Positions 25,708-41,500 are shown, counted from the stretch's first letter. The stretch is DNA of 64,000 bases from Spizellomyces punctatus DAOM BR117 (GCA_000182565.2 KQ257451.1); one strand, 5' to 3'. Program-made: numbers and translations. The notes: generated by a model from the letters alone, not told the origin.

Positions 25708-26504
25708 GACGATGATGGTTCACACAGCAAGATAGTGCAGAAGAAAAAGTTGTGGTGTCGACCTTCGACTTTGGGCTACGTTGGGAGACGTTTGTTGTAG
25801 GTAATGGGCGGTTCGACTCCGGGCAGGCCAAGGGTGACAGTCCCTTCTGCCCTATTTTAACTCTGAAGAATGGAAAATAAACCAACCAGCTGCAACTTGC
25901 GGCATTTGCAATCCGGATGATATGATAAACCTTTGCCAGAATACAACAGGAGAAGATATAATATATTGCAGAATGGAAGATGAGACGTGGTGACGTGCAG
26001 GTAACGGCCTGCGACGTTAAACTATTTAGCTTCTCCCATTCCGCTAACAGTCCAAAAGAACTCTGCCAGGTCTCAATCAAAAGTTGGTATTTATGTAAAC
26101 GTACAAGGGCACACTAGCACACTGAGGGTAGCGATCTAGCACGCAGAGTGCCTACAGGAACCTCAAAAGTTCATTCCGATGGCCCTATCATTCTACTCCA
26201 CTCACGGAAAACACATATGAATTACCACCATGGTTCGGGAGGACATCCTCCCTCTGATCAAACCTCGCTCGAATGACATGGTTTCGCTTGAAAGCATCCG
26301 TTGAAAACAGTTCTTTGTGGCAAGGCCCATTGAAGAACATGTCAACAGTTGTAAGCGTCATGGTCACGTTGGCGCCCTTAGTCAGCGAACGCGTACGCGT
26401 CCGTCGTGTGTGCCAAAAATGATGAACTAGCATTTCTGTTGCGAAGAGGACAGCATTTGTGCTGGCACACATCTCAGGCGTTTTTCACGGCGAAGTAGCC
26501 TAAA

Positions 26505-29500
26505 ATGGAGAATCGACCGCCCGGAGATCGTCCGGGCGGCCTTCCGCCAGATGATATTCCGATCGCACCTCCAGACGACTACTCCCTAGATGATCGGCCA
26601 TCTCAAGTTTCTGAGCACGTACAGCCGATTAGAGGAGATCGGGAGGCAGTTAAAAGAAAGACGAGAGCGCAGAAATTATGGGATTTGTTGAAGGCGCACG
26701 TTGTAAGTTGGTCGATACTCATTCTGGATTTGCTGTGCTATATTTGTATTCAACCTGCATGTCCTATATTGCAGCAACGCGGGTTTTTCCATTCCCTTTT
26801 GAATACTCGCGCCGGTACCTCGTCCGATTTTCTAACACTTGTGGATCGACTGTGGACATTGGTGCACTTATACTCTCCAAAAAGTGGCCGTCAAACTCAA
26901 AAGGACAGCACGACTGAATTCGTCATGGCTGGATGGGCGCGTATCAAGGCCGAGCAGCATGCTTTGGAACGACAAAGGGCTCGAGCAGTGGACACAGGGA
27001 TGGGTGGGCTTCCTCCGCGCCGGCAGTCTCTTCCCACAGGGTCATTGCACGGGGCGGGTATGTCAGCGGACCAAGACGTGGATCGGGGTGTTACGATGCC
27101 TGACACGATTTCGGAAGAGCGGGAACAAGGTTACGGCCCAACGAATACGCACTTGCCTGGCTTGTTGGCAGGAATAGAGAACGAGGAAGATAAAGGAGGG
27201 GAACCTTACCCAACAGCGCCGGGGAGACGAGGATTAGGATTGGAAGGTCTCAACTTAGATAGCATACCAAGTATTAATGTGAGCAAAGATCTCATGCAAA
27301 TAGCTAAGGGGCTGCATGTTCAACCGTTGGGTATGTTCATATTGGTCTATTCCCATGCTGCTACAGGAACTCATTACACGATCTCTTCAGATGAAGCCGA
27401 TTTCTACACGGTGCAGGTGCATTTCAACCGTGGATGGAAATTGCTCCTGCTTGGACTCAACCAAGCCGAATCATTTGCGCGATATATGGCCATGGTAGCC
27501 TTACGGCGGGCAATTCCCATGATCAACGACACTCTCCTGGATTCCACAACCCGGGAGGTTAGAAAAATATCTGTCGTTCTTTGATGAACCCTCAGGGTTT
27601 CTCGCTTTATTGATGGCCCGATGACTCATGCTTTGACCTGCTGTCCATAGAGCCTCATTCGCGTACTGGTCAACTTGATGGTTTCTGATGAGAGAACGGA
27701 GAATCGTTTGAAGGCGGTATATCTATTAGGCCAATTGGGGTTTTATCTTGGGGCTGTGCGAGAGCATGACCACCTTCTTATGCTGGTGGGTTTGTGAACA
27801 TTTTTTTGCCTGAAGCTTGGACATGCAGGTAACGCCAATTCATCCTCTAGGCATTTAAAGAGCTAGTACGGAGACTCCTCGAAATCCAGTACAAAGAGAA
27901 ACGTAAGCCGGTAATGGTCGCTGTTTCCATGCTTCTGCTCAATCTTGTTGTGCAACGCGGCGCTTAATTCCTTTTACGAACATCAGGCCAACGATCCAGA
28001 TCGCTTTTCAAATGCAGACCGTGCACTTAAGATCTACCTGCTGCATGCGATTGGCAAATTTACACGATTTGTTCACAAACAATCGCGTTTTGCGGAAGAT
28101 GTTGTCATGTACATTCTTCACGAAGAGTTCGACAAAGGAGACTCGAAAGTCAAGCAACCCGTTCAGAAAACTGGCATTAAAGAAATGGATCAGGATCCAT
28201 CCTTGCATGTCGTTCGAGCTTTACTGGGTGTTCTGAACAATGAGGTACTTCTTAAAGCAATGATGGAGTACCAAATAAATTGCTAAGATGGTGAGCGCCA
28301 TACTCAGATGAAACGAACGGATGCGAATCACAAATACGTGGGTGCCATTTTCAAGAAATATGTTCATCCCCTGATGAGGTCGACCGATCAGTCCTTGCAA
28401 ATGATGGCAGTGCAGTTCATCAGGTATGCGAGCACATGCTGACGTTAACAACTTTAATCGCACGCTAATCTCTTTATATCTCAGTAATTGGTTGCCCATC
28501 ATGAACGATGATGCGATTCTGCTTGGGATCGACACAGTTATATCTGGATTAAAAGAAACGAAGGATCTGCATGTGCCAAACTTTGATCGTGCGATGTACG
28601 ACGCCGAGTATCGTGCTCTAGTCAAGGTAGATAACATTGATCGCAATGGGCCTTCGATTCATATCAGTAACATCTCCAGCGTAGCGAACCCGTTCCGAAG
28701 AATCCCGGATGGCAATGCGCTCCAAGTTGCTCCGCCAGCTACTTCAGGTTCCCGGCACGTTCGCAAGATTGGTGCCAGTACCTGACCACCCCGGTTTTTT
28801 TGTCGAAGTCAACTCTAGCATGATGTACACCAAGGGAGTTGCGGTCAATCTTCCCATTCACCCGAAATCCAGCGTGACACTTACCAGACCATTACCGAGC
28901 ATTCCGGGCGTCCCACAGGGTGGTACAACGATTCCGCCAGTCTTCATGGTTAGTAGATCCGTGCTTTTTGTGGGAATGTGCTCTCTGAATATACTTAGGT
29001 TCCGTTATGTAGGATCCTCTTTGGGCAGAAAAACAAAAGCCTCCACAGTATCGATACGAGTACCTTGAGCGTACGGGAGAAGTACCTGGTCTACCATATG
29101 GATATACTTGCGCGCCTGCGCCTCTCGTGGAAGTAAATGAGTCTGCGACACCCGATCAAGCCAGCAAGGAGATCAAGGGCACTCTGAAGGCAGCTGCGGA
29201 TGTTTTATCACAACAACCTGGGACTACTTTAGATTCTGGACGATTCTCGGCTCGGCCTGGACCTCCAGATGCCCGAGCCGTGCGTCGAGCGGCCTTACAA
29301 GCCGTTGACACAGCACCGATGGCTGCCAGTGCTCGAAAAGGATCTGTTATGGCCATGTCTTCACGGCGCGTACCTTCAGGGAACCGGCCAACGTCATCGA
29401 GTCGGCCTCGCCGTGCAAGCACCATGGGGAGCGCAAATGCTGGAGACCTCAGCATGGAAAGGGCAAGGTCACGTTCGGGAAGTCAAGTATCCCTAGTACC

Positions 29501-32500
29501 AAAGAAACGTGCAGGTATTAAGGATCGAGGACCAATACCGCCAGGAACGGCGAGAGTTCCGCAGAAGAGTGACCTCAATCCGTATGACGGCAGGCGTGTC
29601 CCACCTGGGTTTCTCAACATATGCCCCTTTCCCGGATATGATCCTGATCGAGTCGATCGCGCTGCTTTGCCAGTTTCTGCCATTTACGGGAAGCAAATGG
29701 GCCCTGGTCGTGGTCCTCCTGGGGTGGGATCCATGGCGCCAGCGAAACAGAAGGCAATTATTGATGCCAGACCTGGATTTGACGTACCGGAAGGTTTTAC
29801 GGTAGACAGACATCCAGTGCTCTGGCCAAGTCGAATTCCGTATGTTTTTCCACAAAGCTTAACATATTGCTACGACGGACTTTGAAAGTAACCGGCTCCT
29901 ATCTCTATTTAGCAACTTGCGGAGTATGGCGAACCCAACCGACTTCCCGATCAATGCGCCAGTTCTCTTCGACATAATTCAGCCTGGCACCACACATCTC
30001 CAAAGAGTTATGACTCGGGTGACCAGCATCAACAAAGAAATGGCTGCCGTGAGTGTGCAGCGAGAAGCCAATGAAGAGTAGGTTCTTCATATAGACAGCT
30101 TGCATCAGCACTTCTCACACTGACACTTGAACGTACTCAAGCGAAATGCTTTCTGTTGGAGCTACCTTCAATATCTTCATTCGTACACGACAGAACCCCT
30201 CGGAGTGGATTTCGGTCAACTTAGAAGTCGTTGACGACGACTATGTGGACGGTATGTAGAATAGCTTCATGTTACATTACTTTGCGCGCTGCTTATGAGA
30301 CACCTCAGATATTGGTTTTAGCAAACCAAGGCCCTTGGGGACTGCTTCTGGAGCCAGCTCGCTAGCATCCTTGGTGAACATTAAAGATGCTGAGAACCGG
30401 AGCAGCATGGCAAGAAGAACTTCTCAGGCCGCAACTGCGGTACCTGCGCAAGCGCAAGCACAATCAACTGTGCCGCTGCCGGCCGGATTCACATCACAGG
30501 GAGAACCGTATTTTGCCCCCCCTATCAATATGCCGCCTTTTCCGGTTGGGTATACTATCAACAGCATCCCGTACTTTGGCCGTACGTCTACTATCAAGCC
30601 ACCACCTCTGGGAATGACCTCCCTGGGCACCAGGTTTTACTCTGCTGATGGTAAACCACCAGGCGATCAAGCTAGTCGTAACCACTTGGCAGGTTATGAC
30701 AACAGTGGACACCCGTTCTTCATTCCACGAGGCTGTACAGTACCTCCCCCTGCCGGATTCACTACCGATGGGATTGCGTATTATGATATATTTTCCTTGA
30801 TGCACCATCGGGGCGTTATGGTTCTCCCTACGCCCCTCGCCGCTCGAGCAGCCTGGCCGGTATTCGAAGATGAGGAAGAAGACGCGGAAGAGGACGGCAG
30901 TGGATCTCTCAGCAGACTAGGGTCCACGACCAACCTAACAAGGAGAGGCAGTCGGGCTGCTCTCCGGAGGAAAACCGTGCATGCTGTCGATCAAGCACTT
31001 CTTACCGCGCAATTAGTGGAGAGCTTAGAGGAGAGCCAACCGCAGTTGAAGCAGAATTTCCTCAAAGGTCGCCAAAGGGCAGTGGGAGTTGTGAGAAGGG
31101 TTGCGGAATTCGAGCGCTTGCGAGGAAAACCGGACTCGGAAGATATAGACGAGGAACTAAATCTACAAGATCCGGAAGACATCGTGGGCTTCCTTCGAGA
31201 TAGCGAGGATTTAGCATACCTGCGTCCCTCAACAATTCGAGTTAATATTGAGCCTAGTGTTTTGGATTTCCAGAGCGTGCACGCACCCGTTACGAAAGCC
31301 GCCGTGCTTAGATATAGGGCAGGCCGTGGTGACTATGGAGAGAGGGACTTCTTTGTGTCAGTTGAGCCTGTGGACGTGTTTGCCATCAAGCTGTTTCATT
31401 TGAAATTGCAAGGCGAGGGAGTAATGGAGATTGGCGTAACATACTATCCCACCGCCATGAAGACGGACCGAGTTGAAGGTTCTTTGAACCTCATCGACGA
31501 CTCAGGGAAGAAGATGGGCAGTTGCTCGATGGTGGCGCTACGCCAAAGCTTCATTAAAGTGAGCCCGATCTCCATTGATGCGGGATGGACGCTACCGGAT
31601 CGACGAAAGGAGGTTTATGTAAAACTTGAGAATATATCCAGTGGTGCGGCGATGGTCACAATTCAATTACACAGTGAACTGCAAGCATATCAAGCAGAAA
31701 GTCCCACTGGATCCACTCAATGGATGTCTTCAAACGACGAGAAGGAATCAATTTCCAAGGGAGACGACGATGACGGCGCTCCAAGGAAGGTCAAAGCTCC
31801 ACCATTTGTGCTGCCGGTACGTCAACTGAAACTCCAGCCGCACGAATCCAAGACCTTTCCCGTGTATTTTGAACCAACAAAACTTGGTCATTTCGCCGAC
31901 GTGGTGGAAATCAATGGCCCTGGTGGCGATCTGATCCATGTCAAGATTACCGGAATTGCGGGCATCCCTATTGCTGTTTATCCGGAAGGCGAAGAAAATT
32001 CACGAGCAGGTGCAGCAGAACTTACCCGCGAGCGATGCGAGTTCATGAGGAAGTTTAGGAGAGCCGATTCAAAGGAAAAGCTACATGTTGGGCTCACGGC
32101 GGAAGATACTGCTATTTTGAAGAACATGATGTCTGCAACGTCTGACCAAGAATCGCGCAAGGAAGCGCATACAATGGATTTTGGAATATGTTCTGCGGAG
32201 CCGCACGAACGGATGCGATGCTTGACGCTCATGAATTTAGCGGATGTCCCGGTGACTGTTGGCCTCTTCCCTCATCATCCGGCGCTCCGGTGTCCGTATT
32301 TGGTGCGCATTGCTCCGCGCATGGCAAATACAGTGGAAGTCTTCTTCACTGTGTCCGACGGTCCTCCCGCTGTGCGGGGGAACTTACGCACCGCGATCGA
32401 AGTTATATGTCCCGAGTTTCAGAACATTCCGCTAAACATTCGGGCGTACATCGGACAGCCCCTCTTTTTCCCATCTTGGGAGTACGCATTTTTCAAACCA

Positions 32501-35500
32501 TGCCGAATTAACCGACAAGAGCAACTAACAATGACTCTGATCAACGAGTCACAATACCGGCTTCAGTTGGTTGTGGATAATCTAGGATTGCCCGGAGGTG
32601 CTGATCCGATCCGAAGTTACTTTGGCAGCACGTTGTCCTCGCAAGAGAATGACCCAACCGTGATCATGCCTCATTCCACCATCCCCGTTGCATTCACGTT
32701 TTTTGCCCGCGAACGTGGTCCTCTCCTACAAACAATTCAACTGCGCGTCGTTAAGCCATTCAATGTCACACTTCCTGCTGCATTTTTCAACAAACCCTTC
32801 AGTTTGATCGGAATTTGTATTGAACCCTATGTGCATCGTCCTGGAGAGTTACCGGATAGAAATAGCATTGACTTCTTGAGAATGTGGATGTCGCACCCAA
32901 AACGACTGCTGGACGAATATCCTACCCCTGAAGAAAAGGCCCAGCGCTTCGACTTAGCTAAACCAACAAAACCGTACACTCCTGGGAATAACGAATGTGA
33001 TGTCACTTTTGCTAGAGACCCAGTGTCCTTTCGCGCAGGCAAGTTTTCTTTGGCAAGTAACATACCGGGAATGATATTTGATTGATAGGACTGATTGATG
33101 TTCAGGTGTTGCAAAGACCCCTGTTGGCCAAATGACGGATGCAGGTATGCGGCGCTCTCAACTACAGCCAATTCTGGTGCAGAACCGCGGCTCTCAATCC
33201 CGCAACATCATCTTCTTCACCTCTACATGCTTCAGTATCGATCCTAGAGCGAAGATGATGCAACCAGCTGATGCAGAAAATGTGGATGTCATGTTTCTCC
33301 CACCTATAGAAGCAAGCGAGCTGGTTTCATCTTTCGGTTTTGCCGTTGCACTACTTGATCACGACCACACATTTCATGCCATTCAACTGCAGGGGAAACC
33401 TCTCTCTGACTTCCTGGTGTTTCCACCCCCAGGCAAGGATCACACCATTGTGTTGGACTTTGGTCGTGTCGAAGTGTCTACACATTCGTTAGATATCAAT
33501 GTAAAGCACGTCGTACTGTGCAATAGTTATGACACAACGTACTCCTGGAACGTCAAGTTCGTGAGCAGCAAGCAGAAGTTTTCTGCTTTCGATGCTGGTA
33601 TGATAATGGGTGAGCTCCAGACATACGAGACCTTCGCGATACCGTTTCGATTTCACTGCGATACCAGTGGATCGTTCGAAACTATGGCGGAGATCTATAT
33701 CAAGGAGACACTGGATCGTTTAGCGAAGCCTTCGAAGATTGTTACCGTTATCCTTCGAGGCCAAACAGTTAACACTTCCATGGGCGGTCTCCCGGATACC
33801 TTAGACTTTGGAAGCACCGTGGTATTCCAAAAGAAAAGAAGGAAGTTTATGCTCGCAAACAATGGCTCAACAGAGGCGCAAGTAACCATCCTATCTCGAC
33901 CACCGTTTGATGTTACGCCCAAAACTTTCCCTATCGCACCTAAAGGACAACAAGAGATACAAGTAACTTATACTCCTACAGAATCTCGTACAAGCCAGGT
34001 TAAGATGCTCGTTTTCTCGAATCACAAACTGTACCTGATATTGTTAACTGGTACTGGAGGCACCGCGGAGCTGATTTGCGAGAAATATGAGAACAAGGAC
34101 GTCGATTTCGGCTATCAGCGCGAAGGCACTGTTGGGTGGCTATCTTTGTACTTGACAAACAAAGGCACGCTACCCCTGACTTTAAAAGCAGTAACAGCAG
34201 ACAACTTGGACCTCGTCAAGCTGGAATATTTGACTGTTACATCAACAGTCCCGTATGAAGCGAACCGAGGGCCGGGACGCAATCTTAACAATGTTATAGT
34301 TCGTCGGGACTATTGGAGTATTCTGAAGCGTAAATTGGAAGTGTTCACTGTTTTGAAGCAACTCCTGGCTGGAACAACGGGTGTAAAAAAGAGCAAGGCA
34401 AAAGGAAGAAGACAGGACGGGCCATCGGAGGAGGAAGGCAAGCAATTGCGCATCCATCGGACGGACTCTATCAACCCAACCGACCATGTCTTGGTACCTC
34501 AATTACCACAACTGCGGCCGTTTTACTCGTATCACTTCCGACTTGGTTATACCAGCAGATATCAAGCAAAAAAAGACACTAGTCTCATCTTTCATTACAT
34601 GCCAATTACCACGGACGAGGAAGCCGACACGATATCCGCTCTTGTAAAGAGGATGTCTGTTCATGTTGTTGGGAATGTCTATCGTCCGCTGGAGCTTTAC
34701 CCGCCATACCATGACTTTGGTCTGGCACCCGCAGAAGCTTACATACTTCCTGAAGCACGACGGATGGTTCGAAGAGAGCTTGCGGATGCATATGGCGTTA
34801 TGCGAGAAGGTCAAAAGGAAGGCGAAGCAGTGCTTCAGCTGGAGGTGCTGAACATGTCCTTAGAGGCGCAAAACCTTACTCTGCAATCTATCAGCACCGA
34901 ATTCACTGTGAACGGACGAACGTGGACATTGCAGCCAGGTGATAAGATCACCATCCCGATGGAGTTCCATCCTCCAAAAGAGCAAGTTCAATATCACGGC
35001 GAAGCGAGGTTTGTTCACAATTTTGGAACTGCTCTCGTGCGGTTAGCGGGAACGGGCGCCAGTGCGGATCTGTCAACAGAAGAGGTTCTTGATTTTGGCA
35101 GCCTGAAGGTCGGGTCAATAGGTTCAAAAACGCTACGGCTCCACAATAGAGGACTACTGGACTGTAGATATGTTTTGGAAATTGTTCAACCTGGACAAGA
35201 CTTCACGCTCTTGGACGAGGAGCCCTTTGACCGAGAGGGAGTGATCGAAAGTGGAGGAGTTGAATCGCTAGAGGTTGAGTGCAACTGTGAACGTCTTCTG
35301 GAAGGTGCCGCAAGTATCGTAATCAGATGGCTGCGAGTACCTCGCGGTGCCTGGGAAGAGCTTGTAATTCCCCTACTGGTGCAAGTCGGTATGCCTGTCT
35401 TCCGCCTCCAAAATATGGAGCTGGACTTCCATACCACGTACATCAATGTAAACAAAACAATGGAGTTTACAGTGACTAATGATGGAAATGCAACCTGTAA

Positions 35501-38500
35501 TTGGGAAGCGGAAACAGAGAGTCCCGTGCTAGTTATCGAGCCAGAAGGTGGGTCTCTTCAACCCGGAGAGACAGTCTATTTGGAGGTGACATTCGCGCCG
35601 CAAGACTTCGACCCATTGCACCATAACATCAATTTCTATACGGACGCGGGGACGAAGACTTTAATGTGCTACGGTATTGTCGGTGTTCCATACCTCAAAA
35701 TTCCGGAAGAAGACATGTTCATGGATTTCGGCATCGTGGCAATTAACAAACCACATAATCATTCGGTGGTCTTTACCAACACCGGCAAGCGACACATTGA
35801 GTTCGAAATCACCTTGATCGATGTAACGCATGACGGGATTGAAATGGCACCTGAGGATTTTGATGTTTTTTTCATCAATCCCACTCACGACATCATTGAA
35901 CCCGGCGGTACAGTAACTATCACTATGCAGACGATTCCGCGAGAGTATAACGCCATTTATGCCGGTGAATGGATGGTGCGTACCCGCGATGGAGAACAAT
36001 ATCGTGGTCGATTAACAGCAACTGGTGGTAAAGCCATTATCAAACTGGCGCCTCCTACTCTCGCGGCTGAAGAAGCGCTTTCTAAGAAGCCCAAGACCGC
36101 CGAAATGTCGATGAATGCTCCCTCCTCACGAGGAACTGAAGCTAGTGCAGGCTATCTCCCAAGTACTGTTGAGACAGCTCGCCAAACGTTTCAAAATCAC
36201 CTGGACAATTTACAGGAGGTTTTGGCTGGTCTCCGAGCGGCGGAGCTGGACACCAAGAGTGAATTAGAGTCCGTGCTGCCAAAGCCACCTACAGCAGATC
36301 GTCCCGTGTCAACACCACGCTCAGCTAGCGCGAGACGCCGTCAATCGGTGGGTACTCCTGACATAAAGGCTGAGGATGCTAATCTCGAGGAATCTCGGCA
36401 ACGTGGCCTACGCGTTATGGATGGGTCAGACGTACGGGACCGCGCACGAAGAGGAACCGCAGGCCGTGTTGTTAATATTGATAATGAGGATTTATCAGAT
36501 CGGCCAAGAACCGGCCGCCGGTCACGCACCGCTAGAGGAGCAATTGATGCAGATTCCTCTGCCGCGGTGCGGTACATGGACGAATTATCCCAATTGGAGG
36601 ATGAGCTCGATATGGCAATTGGCCTGCGAGATCCCCTCATGTCCCCTATCGCCACAGGAGCCCCAGGTACGCCGAGTAAAAGGACGCCAAGTGGTCTTGG
36701 AAGGTATCAGCCTGGTGCACCGCGTCATCGGAGACCGCAAGCCGCGCGTGAAGCAGTGATTAGGAGCATCCTCTCTGCTAGTGGCGAACGTTCTTCAGAG
36801 CGAGATTCTGAGGAATCACTTCGCACAGGTTCACGAGCATCAGAGAGACTATCCAACCGTAAAAGTGTTGCTAGCTCGGCGGAGATGGAACGACTACAAA
36901 GGCCGATTGAGGATCTTATTCAAACGGCACAGGAGATGATTTCGGATGCGAACAACGCTGTCGATCCAAATGTCCAGCGCACGCTTCTGTCTGCTGCAAA
37001 CGATCGTATTCTTGACAGTACAAGGGGAGTCATCAAGGCCGTGAAGGAACAGTTAGCTAACGCCTGGATTGAAAACCGTGATTTCCTAACAACTGCGTTA
37101 AGACGCCTTCAACAGTCAACCCATGTCATGGAAGCGCTGGGCGAAGCACCCCTCGAAAAGGAGGCTGGCGAGAATGACTTCAACTTAGGATTATTGAAGG
37201 CAGGAGAGCGCAGCGCACCTATTCTACTTTTCAATCTTCCGAACCTCGGAAATCTCGCTTTCGATTTCCACATTAAGCGAAAAGAAGCTGACGCTATGTT
37301 CCCACCAGATTTTGTAATGGACAATGCTGGGGACGTCTTTGTTCTGGATCCGCCCTCTGGTGCCATTGCGCCCCGAGAATCGGTCAATATATCCGCTACG
37401 TTTACGGCCACGACTCCAGGCACATATCAGCAAGCCTACGAGCTAATCTCAGGAGGAGAGGTCGTTCTCACCTTCACAGCAACAGCTCGGGTTGGGTCTC
37501 CCAATCTCGTAATCAGTCCTGCAACTATAGATTTTGGTTTGGTAGGGCGCCAGAAGAGCTCCGTGCGCACATTTCATATTGAGAACACTGGGACATACAA
37601 GGACATATTTCGCATTGAGGCAGTTGTGGCTGCTGCTAACTTGGAAGCAGAGGACTCGCTGCCCACAGCTCTTCCGTTTGTTCTCAGTACATATCGAGGC
37701 GATGTTGAGCCAGGTGCTAGCGAGGCAGTACAAGTCACCTTCTCGGCTCCCCAAGAGGGAACTTATGTCCAAAGGTTTCGTGTCGCCTGGAGTAAGGAAC
37801 CTCTCTTTGTGGAATGTAAAGGCGTCGGTGGTGGATACAGAATTAAGCCGGTTTTCATGTCTGAGAAAGATCAACAATTTGGCGGATTGGATTGGGGCAC
37901 CTGTGTCGTTGGTGTTTCGTATGAGAAGCTGTTCAAGCTGACAAATATTGGGAACGTCGAGGGCACCGTAGATCTATTTCACAGCAATGACTGCTTCCGC
38001 TTTGATGTTGTTCGTGATGCAAAGGGTGCAGTTCATATCCCGCCAGGTCAGGAGGTAGATGTGAAGATGATTTTTTGGCCGTCACGCAGCGAAACAATCA
38101 AGGAAGGAGTACAAGTTCGCCTACCGGAAAACAACATTACCGTCATCCCAGTGCGTGCGATAACAGGGATAACAGAATGGAAAGTGGACGGCGATGCAAA
38201 GTTACTCAACATGCCCGTCTTAGAGATACAGAATCGCACGCTAAAGGTGACAAACACTGGAAACCTGGAGATACCGTTAGAAGTACGCATCGAACCACCC
38301 GAACTTGCGGCAATCGTCGGAGTCAAAGTGCTCAATTGGAAAGAAGGAGAAGCTCTGAAGCCCAACCAAACGGCGAGTGTAGATTTGACTGTTGCTCCTC
38401 AGAAAGCTGCATTGATTGAGGGTACCTTGATTATCACAACCAACCTCGGTAAAGGACCCGTACAAAACAAGCAGCCTTTCAAATTACGGGCATATGAAGA

Positions 38501-41500
38501 GCAACTTGGGGTGGACAATGATGAAGACGCTTCTGTGGGGCGAATCATGATTGGAGATATAGCGTCGGTTTCTAGAACTTTAACGAACTACGGCAGCAGC
38601 AGGATCAAGTACCGCGTACGAATAGAACCAGTGGTAGAAACCGAGGAAGTTGATGCAGAGAAGGGAGATAGTGGGAAAAAAACCAAGCGTGGGAGGCGCA
38701 AAGGAGCAAAGGCAGCCGCGGCGGCTGCAGCCGATAAAGGGAAGACGTGGGCGCAATTAGCTACCCCTTGGAAGATCAAAGGAGCGGCAGGTGTGAATAT
38801 TATAGCCTTCATCGAAATCACATTCACACCGTAAAACCAAAAGAACTAACATCCATACTTTCAGAGGGAATACTGGAAGCAAATCAGACTTTGGATTTTG
38901 AAGCAATATTTCAATCTCTTGATGAAGACGATGATTGGCAAGAAGCAAAGCTGATCATTGAAAAATGCGCTGTGAGTCATCTAAATAATACCTTTTTGTG
39001 GGAGTTAGCACTTTAACTAATCGGATGATGGCAGGATGAGACGACTCAGAGATGGACAGAGGTCACGTCGTTTAAAGTTCTCGGAGCGGGCGGAAACCCC
39101 AAGCTGACGGTCACACCGTCAGAGATCGATTTCAAAGATGCAGGAATTGGCATAACGAGGAAAAGCACCGTTATCTTCAAGAACGAGGTAAAGTTTGTGA
39201 GACGAAATAACTCTCCTGTGTCGTATAACACATTCACACATCTGTAAATAGGGATCTGCCATTGTTAACTATCAAGTGATTCCTCAGTGGGATTGGGATA
39301 GTGTTATCAACTTTGACTCTGACGCCACAATGGAAGGAAAATTGGATCCAGATCAGGAGATACCGTTCACTATACTCTTCAAACCTGATCAGCACGCAGA
39401 ATATGTTACCGAAATTCAGATTAAAACCCAGATTGATGTGAAGATTCTCAAAATCCGAGGCCAAGGTATGCCGCCAGATTTACACAGCTCAATGAATGAT
39501 CTATTAACAATGTGGGCCATGCAGGGGCGGAATACAAAATCTACGCAGAAGGGCTACCGGAGGTAGTTGACTATGGATCAATTGCCATTGGCGAAAGTGA
39601 AACAAAAAAGGTAAACAGGACAGGTTTTTCAACGATATGACACAATATGTTTCTAGACACACAAATTGAAACTCATTTTTGAACTAGCTGGTTATCTCAA
39701 ACGATTGTCCTTACGGCATTCAAGTAAAAGGCACTGCTTTGAAAACTCAAGCTACGGAAGGAGATTCGGCGCCGGAGATTGTCCCGGAACTGCAAGTAAC
39801 TCCTGATATTCTAGACCTTCCTGCAAATCGACGACAAGACGAGAGGTGATAGCACGTTGCCGGTCCTCTTGAGGCATATCTTGAAATTCTCATTGGGCAA
39901 TCTCTAGATCTTCCGAGTCGTTTATTTTACGCCTGCAGGCGGCGGTGCCACTGAATGAAGACGGCTCCGTTGATGCACAAATGGTCACCCACATGGTGCG
40001 CAAAGGACAACGGAGCGCATTCTTCCATCTCATGGTCCTGGGAGGTCAAAAGCACATAGTTCCACTAGTGTATAAGTGGAGTGTAAAGCAGCCTGTAGCT
40101 CTCGTGGCTGGAGCGACTCCAAGAGAGGGTGGTCGCTTTTTGGAGAGTGATAAACTCAAACAAGTTGATTTCGGCGAAGTCGTAAGTGGAGCGTCTGTGT
40201 ATTGTTACACTAGTAGGAATTCTGATCTTGGCCTACAGCGAATGGATAGTGGCTCGGCGATACCTTTTCTCATACATAACCCAAATGGATTTGCAATCAG
40301 GTTTAACGCGACGTGTAACGAAAAGGTAGGCAGAATGTGAGAATAAACAAACAGTGAGCCCCCTTGTTCAGTAACATGATATTTTGATCCTGCAGCAATT
40401 CAAAATCAATCCCGACACGGGTTCTATATCTCCACATGGCTCGAAGGAGTTTACCTGCGAGCTAACCGGATATGAATTCAAAGATGATGCTACCGTTCCG
40501 CAGAGCGAGACTTTCAATGGGATAGTGAATATTTTCACTGATATCGAGGCAATTGACGTTGTGTCCATCACGACAAGTGGTACCTTAGTAGATGTACGTA
40601 TAGTTTTGATCCAAGTTGTGAGTCCAAGTTTAGAAAGGCCTAATCACCATCATATCCAGGAGCCCTTGCCGCTAGAGCCTCCAGAGCCTCTTGATTTCGG
40701 GCCTGTGCAGAGTCTAAAAGCAAGCGAGCTGACCTTTGCTTTCCGCAATCCTGTGCGACGACCAATCAAGTGGAAGTTTCACGTCGACCCACAGTTTGCA
40801 GATATATTCGGTGTTGACGGTATAACTGAGGTGAGGATGCAAATCCGTAATCAGGAAGTTTCAGAAGTTTTGTGAACAACGATGTTATTTCAGGGTGTCG
40901 CTGCTCCACGCCAAGAAACTACCATCAAAATGAAGTTCAAACCACAGCATGCAGCAGATTACATTGCTGCCGGATACTTGGAGACCGAGGAGGGCAGCTA
41001 TCCGGTTCAACTCCAAGGCACAGGTGTTGACCCGGCAGTTGTTCTTGACAAGAGATATGAGGACTTTGGAGTAGTTGGCATGGGTAACCCAGAATTCAGA
41101 GAAATCGAGATCAAAAATCCTACTCTGCTGCCACTGCGAGTTGGGGCAAGAACAACCAGCCCAGCATTCACCACCGACGTAACGTAAGTTAGCTATCCGT
41201 TATTGCGTAAAATTAAGTGACTAGTCGCGGACTGAGCGCCTTCGTACTGCAGTGAAATGACCATTGCACCTGGAGAAACCCGGAAAGTAAAAGTGTTCTT
41301 CAACCCAGCTGTGATCGGCGAATCTCAAAGAGGACGCATCGCGTTCGTTAATCTCGATGATATCGAAGAAGAGCCCTCTTCGCAAGAAGACGAGAAGGAG
41401 GGTGCCAATTATCAAGAGGAAGAGGCAGCGCAAGAGGCCCGTCCACCTCGAGATGTCCACACACCACGTACGCGTCCCTTTACAGGCAAAGAACGCATAC

